Shown here: piece by piece, positions 52,665-61,987 of the stretch
Numbering within the stretch: the first letter of the stretch is position 1
Layout of the letters: each line of letters starts with the position of its first letter
From: Coriobacteriales bacterium
GTDB taxonomy: Bacteria; Actinomycetota; Coriobacteriia; Coriobacteriales; CADBOM01
NCBI GenBank assembly: GCA_050946275.1
Contig: JBMNUM010000003.1
Location: 17,170 to 81,169, forward strand
Length of the DNA stretch: 64,000 bases
Reading direction: 5' to 3'
Notes under the pieces: model-generated
Seen by the model: only the letters and a program-made list of their open reading frames with translations
What the model was told of the DNA's origin: nothing
Database searches by the model: none
Position numbers and translations under genes: made by a program

Positions 52665-53705
52665 ATGGAGAAACGAATCAGCTGGTTGAAGGTGATGCTC
52701 GCCGCCGCGCTGTGCGCGTTCGTGATCGCGTGCATGCCGGCCATCGCGCTGGCCGAGGACGAGGCGGCGACGGATGCCGAGCCGGGTGTCGCGAAGGCCG
52801 ACGACTACGGAGAGCGCGAGGAAGTCGGTGCGGACAACCTCGTCCCGATCACGCCCGACATGCTCCCGGACGGCACGTACGACCTCACGGCCGACACCGA
52901 CTCGTCGATGTTCAAGATAACGAAGTGCGAGGTGACCGTCGCCAACGGCGAGATGACCGCGGTCTTCACGCTCGGCGGCACCGGCTACGAGCGCCTCTAC
53001 CGAGGCGAGGGCAAGGATGCCCTCAAGGCCGACGCGTCCGAGTACGCTGAGGCGGTCGAGGATGCCGACGGCGCCTACACCTACACCATGAGCATCCCCG
53101 CGATCAACTACCGCATGGACGTCAGCGCGTTCAGCAAGCGCAAGCAGCTTTGGTATGACCATACCGTCGTGATCGACCCGGCGGGTCTGCCCGAGGGCAC
53201 CATCATGATGGGCGCGTACGCTCCCGAGGCCGGCGACCCGTTCAAGGCCAAGAGCGCCTACACCAAGCTCGAGGACGGCATCTACACGATGGAGGTCGAG
53301 CTCGCCGGCGGCACCGGCAAGGCGTCGATCACCTCTCCGGCCTATGTGAAGGTCGAGGACGGCCATCCGGTCGTCTCGCTCGAGTGGAGCAGCCAGAACT
53401 ACGACTACATGATCCTCAACGGCGAGAAGTACCTGCCGGTCGAGCGGGATAAGAAGAACTACTTCGAGCTGCCGATCATGGTGTTCGACGAGCCGATGGA
53501 CGTCATCGCCGACACGACGGCCATGAGCCAGCCGCACGAGATCGCCTATCAGCTCACCTTCAAGGAGGACACGGCCGTCAACGCCTCCCAGGGCATCCAT
53601 GTCCCGTCCAAGGTGGTGTTCCTGGTCATCGTCGTCTTCGCCGCCGTCATCCTCCTGCTCTTCCGCTCGAGGATGCGTTCTGCCAGTGGCAAGGCCAGAC
53701 GCTGA
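52665..53705 (+). CDS. secreted, C-terminally membrane-anchored protein with two internal beta-rich repeats; function unknown
   Basis: The signal peptide is MEKRISWLKVMLAAALCAFVIACMPAIALA. Two DGxY-initiated repeats are present (DGTYDLTADTDSSMFKITKCEVTVANGEM... and DGIYTMEVELAGGTGKASITSPAYVKVEDGH...). The C-terminal TM segment VVFLVIVVFAAVILLLF is followed by a basic tail. The SD AAGGAG lies at 52654. Confidence 0.7.
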   Translation: MEKRISWLKVMLAAALCAFVIACMPAIALAEDEAATDAEPGVAKADDYGEREEVGADNLVPITPDMLPDGTYDLTADTDSSMFKITKCEVTVANGEMTAVFTLGGTGYERLYRGEGKDALKADASEYAEAVEDADGAYTYTMSIPAINYRMDVSAFSKRKQLWYDHTVVIDPAGLPEGTIMMGAYAPEAGDPFKAKSAYTKLEDGIYTMEVELAGGTGKASITSPAYVKVEDGHPVVSLEWSSQNYDYMILNGEKYLPVERDKKNYFELPIMVFDEPMDVIADTTAMSQPHEIAYQLTFKEDTAVNASQGIHVPSKVVFLVIVVFAAVILLLFRSRMRSASGKARR

Positions 53706-54934
53706 TGCCGATCGTCCGGACAAGGACAAACGCGAGGGGGCACGCGCGCCGCACGCTGGTGGCGCGCGTGCCCTTGCTCTTGTGCGCCCTCGCGCTGGCC
53801 GCGCTGCTCGCCGGGTTTGCCACCGGGTGCTCTGCCGGCGGTGCGCAGGGTGAGGGGGCCGGCCACGACTGGGACGTGAGTCCCTCGCTCGTGCTCGTCG
53901 AGGTGGAGGAGCCGGAGTATGCGACAGGCTTCGCCATCGGCAGCTACGAGGGCGGCTACGAGCTCATCGACATCGTGGGGGAGGGCCGCTTCCTCGTGGT
54001 GCCCGAGGGCGCTGCCGTGCCGGACGACCTCGCTGAAGACGTTGTCGTCCTCCGGCGGCCGCTCGACCGCATCTACCTCGTCGCTTCTGCGACCATGGAC
54101 ATGTTCCGCTCGCTCGACGCGATCGACGCCATCCGCCTCTCCGGCACGAAGCAGGGCGACTGGCACATCGCCGAGGCGGCCGATGCCATGGCCTCCGGCG
54201 CGATCGTCTATGCGGGCAAGTACAACATGCCCGATTACGAGCGCATCCTCGCCGAGGAATGCGACCTGGCGGTCGAGTCGACGATGATCTACCACAACCC
54301 CGAGGTGAAGGAGGCGCTCGAGGGCTACGGCATCCCCGTGCTCGTCGATCAGTCGAGCTACGAGAACGAGCCGCTCGGGCGCATCGAGTGGGTGAAGGTC
54401 TACGGTGCGCTGCTCGGCAAGAAGTCCGAGGCCGATGCCGTCTTCGAGGAGCAGCGGGCGCTGTTCGACGCGGTGGTCGCCGACTCGCAGGACATGGCGG
54501 AGCGCAAGTCGGTCGCGTTCTTCTACATCACGGCCAACGGGAGCGTGAACGTTCGCAAGGCCGACGACTACGTGCCCAAGATGATCGAGCTCGCGGGCGG
54601 TTCGTACGCGCTGACGGAGCGCGGCGACCCCGACTCGGCCTCGAGCACGGTCGGCATGCAGATGGAGGAATTCTACGCGGCGGCCAAGGATGCGGACTAC
54701 ATCCTCTACAACTCGACGATTGCCGGCGAGGTTGAATCGCTCGACGAGCTGCTCGACAAGTCGGAGTTCCTCGGCAGGTTCAAGGCCGTGTCCGACGGCA
54801 ACGTCTGGTGCGTCACGCAGAACATGTACCAGGATTCGATGGAGCTCGGCGCCTTCATCTCCGACGTCCACAAGATTCTCGTCGACCCCGCCACCCCCGA
54901 CGACCAGCTCACCTACATGAAGCGCCTGACCTGA
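53705..54934 (+). CDS. ABC substrate-binding lipoprotein, Peripla_BP_2 (BtuF/FhuD-type) family
   Basis: It has a signal peptide with lipobox FATGC and the typical RIYLVASATMDM...YAGKYNMPDYERIL... pattern. The ATG overlaps the preceding stop. Confidence 0.85.
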   Translation: MPIVRTRTNARGHARRTLVARVPLLLCALALAALLAGFATGCSAGGAQGEGAGHDWDVSPSLVLVEVEEPEYATGFAIGSYEGGYELIDIVGEGRFLVVPEGAAVPDDLAEDVVVLRRPLDRIYLVASATMDMFRSLDAIDAIRLSGTKQGDWHIAEAADAMASGAIVYAGKYNMPDYERILAEECDLAVESTMIYHNPEVKEALEGYGIPVLVDQSSYENEPLGRIEWVKVYGALLGKKSEADAVFEEQRALFDAVVADSQDMAERKSVAFFYITANGSVNVRKADDYVPKMIELAGGSYALTERGDPDSASSTVGMQMEEFYAAAKDADYILYNSTIAGEVESLDELLDKSEFLGRFKAVSDGNVWCVTQNMYQDSMELGAFISDVHKILVDPATPDDQLTYMKRLT

Positions 54935-54969
54935 CGAACACATCAGGCGTTTTCGTCGGGCCTCGGTTG

Positions 54970-56766
54970 CTATCCGAGGATGTCGGAGAGCTCGAGCCAC
55001 TCGAGCTCGAGGTCGTCGAGGCGCTCGCGCAGGGCCGCTATCTCGTTCTCGCAGCGGATGAGCTCCTCGTAGTCCGTGGGGTCGGCGTCGCGCAGGGCCT
55101 GCTCGGCTTGCGCGAGCTTCTCCTGCGTCGTCTCGATCTTGCGCTCGGCCGACGAGAGCTTCTTGCGCGCGGCCTGGCGCTCGGCGTTCGTGAGCCCCGG
55201 CGCGTCCTTGGCCTCGCGCTTCCCGCCATCGCCCGTCGGCACGCCGAACTGGCTTTCCGGCTCGCGTTGCGCCGCTATCCGCAGGTACTCGTCCACGCCA
55301 CCTGGCAGGTGGCGGACCTTCCCGCCGACGAGCGCGTACTGGTTGTCCGTGACGCGCTCCATGAGATGCCGGTCGTGCGTCACGAGGATGAGCGTGCCCG
55401 GCCACGTGTCGAGCACGCTCTCGATCTGCCCGAGCATGTCGACGTCCATGTCGTTGCCGGGCTCGTCGAGGATGAGGACGTTGGATCCCTCGAGCAGCGT
55501 GAGCATGAGCTGCAGGCGCCGCTTCTGCCCTCCCGAAAGATGCGAGACGGGCAGCTGGAAGTGCGCGCGGTTGAAGCCGAGCCGCTCGAGCAGCTGCGAG
55601 GACGAGAGCTCCTTGCCGTCGATCGTGTAGTGCGTCTTGTAGCGCGTGAGCACCTCGCGCACCTCGTAGTCCCCGAACTCGTCGAGCTCCTCGAGCCGCT
55701 GCGAGAGCACCGAGATCTTGACGGTCTTGCCGATCTTCACGTAGCCGCTGTCCGGCTCGACCGCGCCCGTGATGAGCTTGAGCAGCGTCGTCTTGCCCGC
55801 GCCGTTGTCGCCGAGGATGCCCACGCGGTCGCCCGGCGCGATGATCCACGAGACGTCGTCGAGCACGCGCTTGCCCTCGAACGACTTGCTCACGTTCACG
55901 AGGTCGACGGCCTGCTTGCCGAGCCGTGCGACGGCGGCGCGCTTCAGCTCGAGCGTGTCGCGCATGGGCGGCACGTCGGCGATGAGGGCCTCTGCGGCCT
56001 CGACGTGGAATTTGGGTTTCGTCGCTCGCGCACGTGCGCCGCGCGACAGCCAGGCGAGCTCGCGGCGCAGCAGGTTCTGGCGCTTCTGCTCGGCCACGCG
56101 CGCGGCCTCCTCGCGCTCGACGCGCTGCAGCACGTAGGCCGAGTACCCGCCCTCGAACGGCTCGACCACGCCGTCGTGCACCTCCCACATGGATGTGCAC
56201 ACCTCGTCGAGGAACCATCGGTCGTGCGTGACGACGAGCAGCGCGCCCCCGTTGCCCGGCCAGCGCCGGTTGAGGTGTCCGGCCAGCCATGAGATGGTCG
56301 CGATGTCGAGATGGTTCGTCGGCTCGTCGAGCATGAGGATCTCGTCGGTGCCGATGAGGACGCGCGCGAGGTCGACGCGCCGGCGCTCGCCGCCCGAGAG
56401 CGTGTCGATGCGCGAGTCGAGCGGCATCGTGCCCACGAGGTGGTCGAGGATGTCTCGGATGCGCGGGTCGGAGGCCCAGACGTACTCCGGCGTGTCCCCG
56501 AAGATGGCACCGACGATCGTGTCGTCCTCGGCGAAGGCGTCGTCTTGCGCGAGCATGCCGATGGCGAAGTCGTTGCGCTTGAAAACGCGGCCCGCGTCGG
56601 GCTCGACGGTCTGGGCGAGGATGCCGAGCAGCGATGACTTGCCGTCGCCGTTGCGCCCCACGATGCCGACGCGGTCCCCCTCGTCGACGCCGAGCGTCAC
56701 CCCGTCGAACAGCGTCTTCACCGCATATTCGAGATGTATGTCCTCGCATCCGAGCGCGAACGCCAT
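54970..56766 (-). CDS. ABC-F family ATPase (Uup/EttA-like, two NBDs, C-terminal coiled coil)
   Basis: Two Walker A sites (GRNGDGKSS, GDNGAGKTT) and two LSGG signatures are present, with no TM domain. The tail is a coiled coil. Confidence 0.9.
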   Translation of the reverse strand: MAFALGCEDIHLEYAVKTLFDGVTLGVDEGDRVGIVGRNGDGKSSLLGILAQTVEPDAGRVFKRNDFAIGMLAQDDAFAEDDTIVGAIFGDTPEYVWASDPRIRDILDHLVGTMPLDSRIDTLSGGERRRVDLARVLIGTDEILMLDEPTNHLDIATISWLAGHLNRRWPGNGGALLVVTHDRWFLDEVCTSMWEVHDGVVEPFEGGYSAYVLQRVEREEAARVAEQKRQNLLRRELAWLSRGARARATKPKFHVEAAEALIADVPPMRDTLELKRAAVARLGKQAVDLVNVSKSFEGKRVLDDVSWIIAPGDRVGILGDNGAGKTTLLKLITGAVEPDSGYVKIGKTVKISVLSQRLEELDEFGDYEVREVLTRYKTHYTIDGKELSSSQLLERLGFNRAHFQLPVSHLSGGQKRRLQLMLTLLEGSNVLILDEPGNDMDVDMLGQIESVLDTWPGTLILVTHDRHLMERVTDNQYALVGGKVRHLPGGVDEYLRIAAQREPESQFGVPTGDGGKREAKDAPGLTNAERQAARKKLSSAERKIETTQEKLAQAEQALRDADPTDYEELIRCENEIAALRERLDDLELEWLELSDILG

Positions 56767-56909
56767 GCTTCCTCCGCCTCTCAGCCGTCGATGCCACTGA
56801 CTGGCATCTGTTAATTGGGATTTAACAAACGGCTTACCCTACTGGCTGTTAGAATATTAAGATATCCCTTAAACATCATAGTAGCCCGAACAACGAGGAA
56901 GGAACTTCG

Positions 56910-58607
56910 ATGTCGCAGATCAACACGGTTCTCGGCGCTATCGACGACCTTGTGTGGGGCGTGCCCCTCATCGTTCTCATCATGATCGGCGGACTGTTGC
57001 TGACCATTCGCCTGCGCGGCCTGCAGGTGCGTCATCTCGGGCGCTCGCTCAAGTACATGTGGCGTAACGAGGAGGGGGCCGAGGGAGAGGTCTCGAGCTT
57101 CGGCGCGCTGTGCACGGCGCTTTCCGCCACGATCGGAACCGGTAACATCGTCGGCGTCGCGACGGCCGTGTGCGCCGGCGGCCCGGGCGCGCTGTTCTGG
57201 ATGTTCGTCGCGGCGTGCTTCGGCATGGCGACGAAGTTCACCGAGGGCCTGCTCGCCGTGAAGTACCGCACCGTCGATCCGGACGGCAGGGTGCTCGGCG
57301 GCCCGTTCTACTACATCGAGAAGGGCTTCAAGGAGCGCTTCAACATCAACTTCAGGTGGCTGGCCAAGCTGTTCGCGTGCTTCGGCATGCTCGCCGGCCT
57401 GCTCGGCATCGGCACCATCACGCAGATCAACTCCGTCAACACGGCTCTCAACGCCGTGTTCGACCCGAACGGCACCGGCATCGCCTTCTCGGCCTTCGGC
57501 CTCGACTACACGTGGACGACGGTCATCGGCGGCCTCATCATCGCCATCCTCGTCGGCCTTGTCGTCATCGGCGGCCTGCGCCGCATCGCGAACGTGACGC
57601 AGGTCGTCATCCCGGCGATGGTCGTGTTCTACATCGTCATCTGCCTGCTCGTCGTCATCTGCAACATCACCGAGATCCCCGGCGCCATCGGCACGATCGT
57701 CTATGCGGCGTTCAACCCGGCCGCGGTGACCGGCGGCGTCGTCGGAAGCCTCATCATCGCCATGCAGAAGGGCGTCGCGCGAGGCATCTTCTCCAACGAG
57801 GCCGGTCTCGGTTCTGCCCCGATTGCGGCGGCGGCCGCCAAGACGAGGGAGCCCGTCCGCCAGGGCCTCGTCTCCATGACCGGTACCTTCATCGACACCA
57901 TCATCGTCTGCTCGCTCACCGGCCTGTCCATCGTGCTCACGGGCGCGTGGGACCCGGCGCTGGGCCTCGAGGGCGCCAACGTCACGATGTACGCGTTCGC
58001 CGAGGGCATTCCGTTCCTGCCCAGCGCGGTGACGTCGATTCTGCTGATGATCGCGCTCGCTCTCTTCGGCTTCACGACGATCCTCGGCTGGAACTACTAC
58101 GCCGAGCGCTGCGTCGAGTACCTGTTCAACCGCAAGATGGGCGCCGTGAAGGTCTTCCGCTGGCTGTACATCATCGCCGTGCTCGTCGGCCCGTACATCA
58201 CCGTCAGCGCCGTGTGGACCATCGCCGACATCTTCAACGGTCTCATGGCCATCCCGAACATGGTGGCGTTGATCTGCCTGTCCGGTGTGGCGGCGCGCAC
58301 CACGAAGGATTACTTCGAGCGCCTGAAGGCGGGCAAGATCATCGAGTTCCCGGAGAAGGAGGCCAAGCGGGCCGCCGCTGCCGCCGCACGGGCGGAGGGC
58401 GTTGTCGGAACCGTCCTCGCCGATGCCGTCATCGAGCCGGTCGGCGAGGCGACGCAGGTTGCGCCGCAGGCTATCCCGTGCGGGTTCGCCGCTCCGCAAG
58501 CCGCGTTCGCGACGGCCGCCGCGGGTGCGGGCTTCGCTGCCGGGACCCCATCCGGGGGAGCTGGTGCCGGGGGCGTGCCGCGGCTACGCCGCCGATCAGA
58601 TAGCTAG
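56910..58607 (+). CDS. alanine/glycine:cation symporter (AGCS family)
   Basis: SSFGALCTALSATIGTGNIVGVATA and FSNEAGLGSAPIAAAAA are AGCS signature blocks. The C-terminal tail is Ala/Gly-rich. Confidence 0.9.
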   Translation: MSQINTVLGAIDDLVWGVPLIVLIMIGGLLLTIRLRGLQVRHLGRSLKYMWRNEEGAEGEVSSFGALCTALSATIGTGNIVGVATAVCAGGPGALFWMFVAACFGMATKFTEGLLAVKYRTVDPDGRVLGGPFYYIEKGFKERFNINFRWLAKLFACFGMLAGLLGIGTITQINSVNTALNAVFDPNGTGIAFSAFGLDYTWTTVIGGLIIAILVGLVVIGGLRRIANVTQVVIPAMVVFYIVICLLVVICNITEIPGAIGTIVYAAFNPAAVTGGVVGSLIIAMQKGVARGIFSNEAGLGSAPIAAAAAKTREPVRQGLVSMTGTFIDTIIVCSLTGLSIVLTGAWDPALGLEGANVTMYAFAEGIPFLPSAVTSILLMIALALFGFTTILGWNYYAERCVEYLFNRKMGAVKVFRWLYIIAVLVGPYITVSAVWTIADIFNGLMAIPNMVALICLSGVAARTTKDYFERLKAGKIIEFPEKEAKRAAAAAARAEGVVGTVLADAVIEPVGEATQVAPQAIPCGFAAPQAAFATAAAGAGFAAGTPSGGAGAGGVPRLRRRSDS

Positions 58608-58620
58608 CGCATGTCAGAGC

Positions 58621-58651
58621 GAGCCGCGATGAGAGTCGCGGCTCGTTTTTT
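58621..58651 (+). terminator. Rho-independent terminator
   Basis: gagccgcga-tgaga-tcgcggctc is followed by gTTTTTT. Confidence 0.8.
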
Positions 58652-58796
58652 CATGGACGCGCAGGTGACAATGACGGTCGCCGTGGTTGTCACATCACCT
58701 TGCGTTCGCCCGGCGCATCCCTTGCTCAACCGGTAGTGATGCTATATTCATAGTCGTTGCATTTGATTTGGAGTATCCGACCCGAAAGGTCTGCAC

Positions 58797-59222
58797 ATGA
58801 AGAAGGGAACTACCGTCCGCGTCCATTACGTCGGCACGCTCGACGACGGTACGCAGTTCGACAGCAGCCGCGACCGCGGCGAGACGCTCGAGTTCCAGGC
58901 CGGCACCGGCCAGATGATCGCGGGCTTCGACAAGGCCGTCATGGACATGGAGGTCGGCGAGGTCCGCACCGTCCGCATCCCCGCCGCCGAGGCGTACGGG
59001 GAGGTCGACGAGAAGAAGATCGCCAAGATCCCGATCGACAAGTTCCCGACCGCGGCGCAGGCGCCCATCGGTGAGCGCATCATGCTCTACGGACCCGGCG
59101 GCATGCCGATGCCGGCCGTCATCAAGTCCGTCGACGTCCAGTTCGTCACCGTCGACTTCAACCACGAGCTCGCCGGCAAGGACCTCACGTTCGAGATCGA
59201 GCTCGTCGAGGTCGTGAAGTAG
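58797..59222 (+). CDS. slyD: FKBP-type peptidyl-prolyl cis-trans isomerase, SlyD-like (with IF insert)
   Basis: VHYVGTLDDGTQFDSS...GQMIAGFDKAV...LAGKDLTFEIELVEV. Confidence 0.88.
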   Translation: MKKGTTVRVHYVGTLDDGTQFDSSRDRGETLEFQAGTGQMIAGFDKAVMDMEVGEVRTVRIPAAEAYGEVDEKKIAKIPIDKFPTAAQAPIGERIMLYGPGGMPMPAVIKSVDVQFVTVDFNHELAGKDLTFEIELVEVVK

Positions 59223-59225
59223 CAG

Positions 59226-59960
59226 ATGCCGCAGCGCGAGGATTATAGCCGCAGTCGTTACGAGGGCGACAGGAGGCGCGACGCAGGCCACGGCCGCGCC
59301 GGTATCTCGCACGCGCGCTCCGCGGGCAACGGACACGGTTCCTCCCATTCGCGCTCCGCGGACCGCGTGCCGCGCGTGAGCGAGGGCGCATCCCGCGTGC
59401 AGGCGGCGCGCGACCAGGCGAGCCGCCAGCAGACGACGCCGACGCGCCGCTACCGCGATGAGGCGACGGGCATGTTCGAGCCCGTTGGCAAGCACGCCGC
59501 AGGACGCTCCCGCAGCGGCATGGACGTCGAGATCACCTACTCGCGCCGTCTCGCGAACGGCGACGCCATCGCGCGCCGCGACCGCGACAGCTACACGCGC
59601 CAGACCTACACCCGCGCCGAGGAGGAGGCCACCGCGTCGCGCAGCATGTTCCGCGTGCTGCTGCTCGTGCTGGCCAGCGTCATCTACTGGCCGATCGCCA
59701 TCGTGGGCGTTACCGCGCCCTTCTCCGAGGGCTTCAATCCAGGCACCCTCTCGATGGGGCAGGTCGTCTTCTCGCGCGTCTGGCTCGCGTTCGTGCTGCT
59801 CGGCGCGTTCTACCTCGCCATCACCAACATCGGCCATTTCCGCGATTGCCCCATCTTCCGCGCGCGCGGCAAGGGGAGCAAACTGGTCAGGATCATCGTG
59901 TTCCTACTCGCGGACATCGCCATCTCGTTCGTCGTTATCCGTCTCGTCTGTCTTTTCTAG
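59226..59960 (+). CDS. hypothetical membrane protein with an Arg/Ser-rich disordered N-terminus and three predicted TM helices
   Basis: The ORF begins 4 nt after the slyD stop and has GC3-rich codons. I recognise no family. Confidence 0.45.
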   Translation: MPQREDYSRSRYEGDRRRDAGHGRAGISHARSAGNGHGSSHSRSADRVPRVSEGASRVQAARDQASRQQTTPTRRYRDEATGMFEPVGKHAAGRSRSGMDVEITYSRRLANGDAIARRDRDSYTRQTYTRAEEEATASRSMFRVLLLVLASVIYWPIAIVGVTAPFSEGFNPGTLSMGQVVFSRVWLAFVLLGAFYLAITNIGHFRDCPIFRARGKGSKLVRIIVFLLADIAISFVVIRLVCLF

Positions 59961-59968
59961 GGGAATAC

Positions 59969-60871
59969 ATGACCACATCTGCAGCCATTTCCGCCCGCGC
60001 CCGTCAGCGTTGGAACGAGCGCGGACATCTCGACGACACCCTCGAGCTCACTCCCGAGCTGGCCGAGGCGGCCAGCCGCTTCCGCATCGCGGACTGCCAC
60101 TGCCACATCTACCCGAGCAAGATCGCGGCCAAGGCCTCCGATGCCGTGGGCGTGTTTTACGAGCTGCCGATGTACGCCAAGGTCGGAGATGCCGACACGC
60201 TCGTGGCCAACGGCTCGAAGATCGGCGTCGAGCGCTACCTCGTGTGCTCCGTCGCCACGACGCTTCCGCAGGTCGACTCGATCGGCAGGTTCATCGCGGC
60301 CGAGTGCGCCGAGCATCCGGAGTTCATCGGCCTCGGCGCCTGGCATGAGGATGTCGAGGACGTCGACGCGCTGCTCGACAGCGTCGAGGAGCTCGGGCTG
60401 CTCGGCATCAAGATCCATCCGGACTTCCAGAAGGTCTCGCTCGACGACCCGCGCATGATGAAGCTGTTCGCCGCCATCGAGGAGCGCGGCATGCGCATCA
60501 TGATCCACATGGGCGACCCGCGCTACGAGTTCTCCGCGCCGGCGAAGCTCGCCCGCATCCTCGAGCGCCACGACAAGCTCAAGGTCGATGCCGCGCACTT
60601 CGGCGGCTGGGGCGAGTGGGACAACGCCGTTCCTGCGCTCGCCGGCTCGCCCGCGTACTACGACCTCTCGAGCAGCCTCGGCTTCCTCGAGCCCGAGGAT
60701 GCCCTCGCGCTCATCGACGCCTACGGTGCGGACAAGATCATGTTCGGCGTGGACTTCCCGATGTGGAACCACGTCGCCGAGTTCTCGCGCGTCCTGGCCC
60801 TCGGCCTCGACGACGCGACGCTGCAGGACATCTTCTACAACAACTTCGCCCGCTTCTATCTCGACGACTAG
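59969..60871 (+). CDS. amidohydrolase-2 (TIM-barrel metal-dependent hydrolase) family protein
   Basis: The CHCHIYP metal-binding start, IKIHPDFQ, IHMGDP, AHFGGWG and FGVDFPMW are typical of PF04909-like proteins. Confidence 0.78.
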   Translation: MTTSAAISARARQRWNERGHLDDTLELTPELAEAASRFRIADCHCHIYPSKIAAKASDAVGVFYELPMYAKVGDADTLVANGSKIGVERYLVCSVATTLPQVDSIGRFIAAECAEHPEFIGLGAWHEDVEDVDALLDSVEELGLLGIKIHPDFQKVSLDDPRMMKLFAAIEERGMRIMIHMGDPRYEFSAPAKLARILERHDKLKVDAAHFGGWGEWDNAVPALAGSPAYYDLSSSLGFLEPEDALALIDAYGADKIMFGVDFPMWNHVAEFSRVLALGLDDATLQDIFYNNFARFYLDD

Positions 60872-60891
60872 CGCGCACGCGCCGGAAAGGG

Positions 60892-60920
60892 ACGGGTCGA
60901 AGGACAATCCGCCGACTCAT
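60892..60920. repeat. degenerate family B hairpin
   Basis: acgggtcgaaggacaatccgccgactcat. The right arm is intact and the left arm is decayed. Confidence 0.5.
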
Positions 60921-61269
60921 GGTCCCGGGGATCGCCCGGTCGGCTTTCCTCGCTTCCGCACGCACCGCTTGCCGCCCGCGGTCGCTCTCGCGGCCGCGTG
61001 CTTGCCCCGTGCGTGTTTTAGGTTATGATGAACGGGTAATCCCGAGGCGGGTTCTCCCACCTCAAGCAATCCCCTAGAGCATCGAGTACGCGCACGCGCC
61101 TTTGGCTTGCAGGGGGCTCGCACCATTCCAAGCACGCACGGTTTTTCGCATAGGGACTTTCAGGCTTGCACATTTTCACGGCGAATCGGCATGAGGTGCG
61201 GTTCTTGCTTTCGCGGGATTGGTCTTGCTGGACAATCGTTCGAATATGCAGTGCGGAAGGAGTTTTTCT

Positions 61270-61950
61270 ATGAAGTTCTTCGTGGATACCGCCGATCTCG
61301 ACGAGATCGCCGAGGCAGCCTCGTGGGGAGCGCTCGCGGGCGTGACCACCAATCCGAGCCTGTACGCCAAGATCGGCGGCAAGGTTGAGGATTTCCCGAA
61401 GCACATCAAGAAGATCTGCGACATCGTCGACGGGCCGGTCTCGGCCGAGACGATGGCCGAGGATGCCGAGGGCATGATCGCCGACGGCCGCGAGCTCGCC
61501 AAGATCGCCGACAACGTCGCCGTCAAGATCCCGGTGACGCCGGCCGGCCTCGCCGCGACGCGCGTGCTCTCGCATGAGCACATCCCGGTCAACATGACGC
61601 TTGTGTTCTCCGTGCCGCAGGCCATCATGGCCGCTCGCGCGGGCGCCCGCTACATCAGCCCGTTCATCGGCCGCTTCGATGACATCGGCGAGGACGGCCT
61701 CGCGCAGGTCGCCGATATCGTCACCGCCATCAAGAACTACGACCTGACCGACGTGGGCATCGCCGGCGAGGAGGTCGAGATCATCGCCGCCTCCATCCGC
61801 AGCGTCAACCACGTGACGCAGGCCGCCCTCATGGGCGTCGACATCGCCACGGTTCCGTTCGGCGTGCTCGCGAAGTGCCTCAAGCACCCGCTGACCGACA
61901 ACGGCATCGAGCGCTTCAAGAAGGACTGGGAGAAGGTCGTCGGCGCATAA
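61270..61950 (+). CDS. fsa: fructose-6-phosphate aldolase / short transaldolase (TalC/Fsa family)
   Basis: MKFFVDTADLDEI...GVTTNPSL...VKIP...NMTLVFS...YISPFIGR. Confidence 0.9.
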   Translation: MKFFVDTADLDEIAEAASWGALAGVTTNPSLYAKIGGKVEDFPKHIKKICDIVDGPVSAETMAEDAEGMIADGRELAKIADNVAVKIPVTPAGLAATRVLSHEHIPVNMTLVFSVPQAIMAARAGARYISPFIGRFDDIGEDGLAQVADIVTAIKNYDLTDVGIAGEEVEIIAASIRSVNHVTQAALMGVDIATVPFGVLAKCLKHPLTDNGIERFKKDWEKVVGA

Positions 61951-61987
61951 CCGCCGCGGAACCCTACGTGTAGAAAGCAGAAAACGC

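Noticed and set aside
56767-56909. Glycine riboswitch upstream of the alanine/glycine:cation symporter
   Set aside because: The spacer is only about 140 nt, AT-rich, and lacks the GGAGAG...CACCGAAGGGGCAA type blocks.
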